This document shows positions 61,337-64,000 of a stretch of 64,000 bases of DNA, piece by piece. Position numbers and translations under genes: made by a program. The stretch is taken from positions 274 to 64,273 of the forward strand of contig JBBDWY010000040.1 in the NCBI GenBank assembly GCA_040902605.1. Direction: 5' to 3'. Positions within the stretch are counted from its first letter, which is position 1; every line of letters begins with the position of its first letter. The notes beneath the pieces were generated by a model, which saw only the letters and a list, made by a program, of their open reading frames with translations, was not told where the DNA came from and made no database searches. Source of the stretch: Pirellulales bacterium. GTDB lineage: Bacteria; Planctomycetota; Planctomycetia; Pirellulales; Lacipirellulaceae.

Positions 61337-62713
61337 ATGAAACCATTTCGCGCGACAGTCGGTAAGCAGTCGTTCAGCTTTGAAAACTTGAGATGCTTGC
61401 TGGCGAAAGCATCGCCGCCGCGGAGCGGCGATTTGCTGGCCGGCATTGCCGCCGAAAGCGACGAGGAGCGCGTCGCCGCCCAGCTTGCCCTGGCCGACGT
61501 GCCGCTCGCGCATTTTCTTCGCGAACCGATCATTCCCTACGACGAGGATGAAGTCACCCGCTTAATTCTCGACGGGCACGACACCGCCGCGTTCCAGGCG
61601 GTTGCCGATATGACAGTCGGCGAATTTCGCAACTGGTTGTTGTGCTATGAAACGAGCGGAGAGGAGCTGAATAGACTCGCAGCCGGTTTAACGCCCGAAA
61701 TGGCGGCCGCCGTCTCGAAGCTGATGCGCAACCAGGACTTGATCCTGGTGGCCAGCAAATGCCGGGTCGTCACGCGGTTCCGAAATACGATCGGCCTTCC
61801 CGGCCGGCTGTCGATCCGGCTGCAACCCAATCATCCGACGGACGACGCGGCCGGCATCGGCGCATCGATTCTTGACGGCCTGCTGTACGGATGCGGCGAC
61901 GCCGTGATCGGCGTCAATCCAGCGACCGACTCGGTCGAGACAGTGATCCGCTTGCTCAATATGTTGGCGAAGCTCATCGACACCTATCAGATTCCCACGC
62001 AATCATGCGTCCTGGCGCACGTGACGACGCAACTGGCGGCCATCGAGCAAGGGGCGCCGGTCGATTTGGTGTTTCAATCGATCGCCGGCACGGAAGCCGC
62101 TAACGCCAGCTTCGGCGTCAACTTGAAGCTTCTCGAAGAAGCTCAACAGGCGGCGCTATCCCTGTCTCGTGGCACGGTCGGCAAAAATGTCATGTATTTC
62201 GAAACGGGCCAGGGGTCCTGCCTTTCGGCCGAAGCCCATCACGGAGTGGACCAGCAAACTCTCGAAGCCCGCGCCTATGCGGTCGCCCGGCGCTTCGACC
62301 CGCTGCTCATCAATACCGTGGTCGGATTCATCGGCCCCGAGTACTTGTACGACGGAAAGCAGATTATCCGCGCAGGGTTAGAGGACCATTTTTGCGGCAA
62401 GCTGTTGGGCTTGCCGATGGGGTGCGACGTTTGCTACACGAACCATGCGGAAGCAGACCAAGACGATATGGACAACTTGCTGACGCTGCTGGCAGTCGCC
62501 GGATGCAATTATTTCATGGGTGTGCCCGGTGCCGACGATATCATGCTCAACTACCAGTCGACGTCGTTCCACGATAGCCATTACTTGCGGCAGCTTTTGG
62601 GCCTTCGACCGGCGCCTGAATTCGAGGAATGGCTGGAAAAAATGCGAATTGTAACGGGCGATAACCGATTGCTGCCCATTAGCCCGAAACATCGGTTAAT
62701 CGACGCGCACTAA
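61337..62713 (+). CDS. eutB: Ethanolamine ammonia-lyase large subunit
   Basis: The N-terminus MKPFRATVGKQSFSFENLRCLLAKASPPRSGDLLAGIAAESDEERVAAQ aligns with the EutB N-terminus. The frame is open from 60707, but that part overlaps the MFS gene. Confidence 0.9.
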   Translation: MKPFRATVGKQSFSFENLRCLLAKASPPRSGDLLAGIAAESDEERVAAQLALADVPLAHFLREPIIPYDEDEVTRLILDGHDTAAFQAVADMTVGEFRNWLLCYETSGEELNRLAAGLTPEMAAAVSKLMRNQDLILVASKCRVVTRFRNTIGLPGRLSIRLQPNHPTDDAAGIGASILDGLLYGCGDAVIGVNPATDSVETVIRLLNMLAKLIDTYQIPTQSCVLAHVTTQLAAIEQGAPVDLVFQSIAGTEAANASFGVNLKLLEEAQQAALSLSRGTVGKNVMYFETGQGSCLSAEAHHGVDQQTLEARAYAVARRFDPLLINTVVGFIGPEYLYDGKQIIRAGLEDHFCGKLLGLPMGCDVCYTNHAEADQDDMDNLLTLLAVAGCNYFMGVPGADDIMLNYQSTSFHDSHYLRQLLGLRPAPEFEEWLEKMRIVTGDNRLLPISPKHRLIDAH

Positions 62714-62764
62714 CCCGCAGCGCAAGCAAGGGAAAAACCGCCTAACCCTTGCTCGCGCTGCGGG
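62714..62764. repeat. 19-bp-arm inverted repeat (REP-like) between eutB and eutC
   Basis: The left arm CCCGCAGCGCAAGCAAGGG spans 62714-62732. The right arm CCCTTGCTCGCGCTGCGGG spans 62746-62764. There is one mismatch and a 13-nt loop. It begins immediately after the eutB stop. Confidence 0.8.
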
Positions 62765-62781
62765 CTAGTGAGTACAAAAGT

Positions 62782-63585
62782 ATGCACAAAGACCAGCTAG
62801 TAGCAGTCGATGCGTGGCAACGGCTGCGCAGCGCGACGCCGGCGCGCATCGCCCTCGGCCGCGCGGGCGGCAGTTTGCCTACGCGCGAGTGGCTCGATTT
62901 CAAATCGGCTCATGCCTCGGCACGACAAGCGGTTCACCAACCTTTCGACGCCGCGCGACTCGCAGGCGAGCTAATCACGCTCGGCATTCAAGTTGTGATT
63001 GTCGATAGTGCCGCCGGCGACCGGCTCACGTTTCTCCAGCGGCCCGATCTTGGACGGCGACTCGACCCTGATTCCGAGCAGCGGCTTCGAGGGTACGCCT
63101 CCGCGAACGCCGCGCCCGATTTGGCGATTACGGTTAGCGACGGCCTCTCCGCCTTGGCAGTCGAACGACAAGTCCCGCCGCTGTTGGACTGTTTACTACC
63201 CAAATTGATTGGCGACGGTTGGAGCTTGGCGCCGATTGTGATCGCCCGTTTTGGTCGCGTTGCGCTCCAAGACCAGGTTGGCCAGCTCCTTCGGACACAG
63301 CTTGCGGTAATGCTAATCGGCGAGCGCCCCGGGCTTGGCTCCCCCGACAGCCTTGGAGCGTATCTCGTATACGCACCGCAACCGGGGAATACGGATGCGA
63401 ACCGCAATTGTGTCTCGAACATTCGCCCGGAGGGACTCACGTGGGATGCAGCCTCTGAAACAATTCATTATTTGTTGACCGAGGCTCGCCGCCGCCGATT
63501 GAGTGGCATTCGGCTTAAAGACCAGCGAGTGCTACGTCCTGTCGAGCGTCCGGCTGTGTCCAACAAGAAGTCGCCCGACGAGTAG
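62782..63585 (+). CDS. eutC: Ethanolamine ammonia-lyase small subunit
   Basis: The stretch DAWQRLRSATPARIALGRAGGSLPTREWLDFKSAHASARQAV matches the EutC pattern. The ORF opens at 62749. Confidence 0.9.
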   Translation: MHKDQLVAVDAWQRLRSATPARIALGRAGGSLPTREWLDFKSAHASARQAVHQPFDAARLAGELITLGIQVVIVDSAAGDRLTFLQRPDLGRRLDPDSEQRLRGYASANAAPDLAITVSDGLSALAVERQVPPLLDCLLPKLIGDGWSLAPIVIARFGRVALQDQVGQLLRTQLAVMLIGERPGLGSPDSLGAYLVYAPQPGNTDANRNCVSNIRPEGLTWDAASETIHYLLTEARRRRLSGIRLKDQRVLRPVERPAVSNKKSPDE

Positions 63586-63704
63586 CAGGTTAGAGGGCGC
63601 TTTTGCACAAAAGCATTGCGCAAAAGCAGGGTTAGAAACCGTCCGCTTATGTACCACAATGAAATTCAGAGCCACGCGCGGCAAATCACATCGAATTCCA
63701 ACGA

Positions 63705-64000
63705 ATGAACGCACCTAGTTTGAAACGTCAACCGAGGCCGCGATTGAGCGCCGAGGAAAATCGGTTGATCGCCGAATTGATTGCGCTGCGCCAACCCGGC
63801 TATACCTTGCCCGGCGAGTTTTATTCGAGTGAATTGGTCTACCGCGCCGAACTCGATCGCATCTGGCGGCAAGGATGGTTGTTCGTGGGCCACGGATGCG
63901 AAATCCGCAACCCGGGCGACTATTTCACATTCGCGATCGACGTCGATTCGTTGATTGTGATTCGAAACGACGACGGGCAGATTCACGCCCTGTGGAACGT
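63705..64000 (+). CDS. Rieske-type aromatic-ring-hydroxylating / GbcA-like oxygenase alpha subunit, N-terminal part (runs off the window)
   Basis: My own translation from ATG 63705 gives MNAPSLKRQPRPRLSAEENRLIAELIALRQPGYTLPGEFYSSELVYRAELDRIWRQGWLFVGHGCEIRNPGDYFTFAIDVDSLIVIRNDDGQIHALWNV. This is the typical lead-in to the Rieske CxH motif. The gene is absent from the ORF track because it has no stop inside the window. Confidence 0.7.
   Translation, partial: MNAPSLKRQPRPRLSAEENRLIAELIALRQPGYTLPGEFYSSELVYRAELDRIWRQGWLFVGHGCEIRNPGDYFTFAIDVDSLIVIRNDDGQIHALWN

Overview
This is a GC-rich chromosomal segment, about 60% GC by eye, with a few clearly AT-richer patches. I ran no searches, so all family calls rest on motifs read in the ORF translations. 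The gene content points to Planctomycetota, Pirellulales-like: three PSCyt/DUF1549/DUF1553 + DUF1501 gene pairs, DUF1559 (H-X9-DG) pseudopilin-like genes, one PVC-type heme-binding CxxCH giant protein and six PEP-CTERM-tailed secreted proteins.

Layout:
- 1-2.5 kb: a small terminator-bounded regulatory islet (RHH protein, HTH-ImmA/IrrE fusion, unknown protein) with two sigma70-like promoters in leaderless geometry.
- 2.6-6.5 kb: PSCyt/DUF1501 pair 1.
- 6.5-9 kb: lutA-like gene divergent from rhamnulokinase.
- 9.1-13.9 kb: xdhABC.
- 13.9-30.8 kb: an 11-gene minus-strand array. It holds a beta-mannan-type CAZyme locus (GH130, GH5, GH26, an unclassified GH-A-like enzyme, two CBM-like PEP-CTERM proteins, and a DUF1559 + lipoprotein pair) and runs without a break into PSCyt/DUF1501 pair 2. 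A LacI regulator sits divergent to it, with a perfect palindrome in the shared intergenic region.
- 32-36.4 kb: two predicted kinases and an orphan TadE/TadG pair.
- 36.5-44.3 kb: PSCyt/DUF1501 pair 3, divergent from the PVC heme-binding protein.
- 44.3-49.3 kb: GH16, then a translationally coupled operon of transporter, homocysteine-S-methyltransferase-like, ROK kinase and NagB-like genes, then a DUF1559 C-terminal fragment.
- 49.4-56.8 kb: a XylR/AraC-type regulator, about 700 bp of non-coding DNA, then a PEP-CTERM protein, two tandem TPR-sulfotransferases and a secreted EEP-family protein.
- 56.7-64 kb: FAD oxidoreductase-etfBA, an OPA-family MFS transporter with eutBC, and the start of a Rieske oxygenase.

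I recognised no rRNA, tRNA, CRISPR array, IS element, integrase or reverse transcriptase.

The best candidates for undescribed biology are:
- the six-gene unit of pseudopilin, lipoprotein, two glycosidases, PSCyt and DUF1501;
- the TPR-sulfotransferase / EEP / PEP-CTERM cluster with its structured leader;
- the dockerin-like + PEP-CTERM anchoring of the glycosidases;
- the thiol-methyltransferase embedded in an amino-sugar operon.
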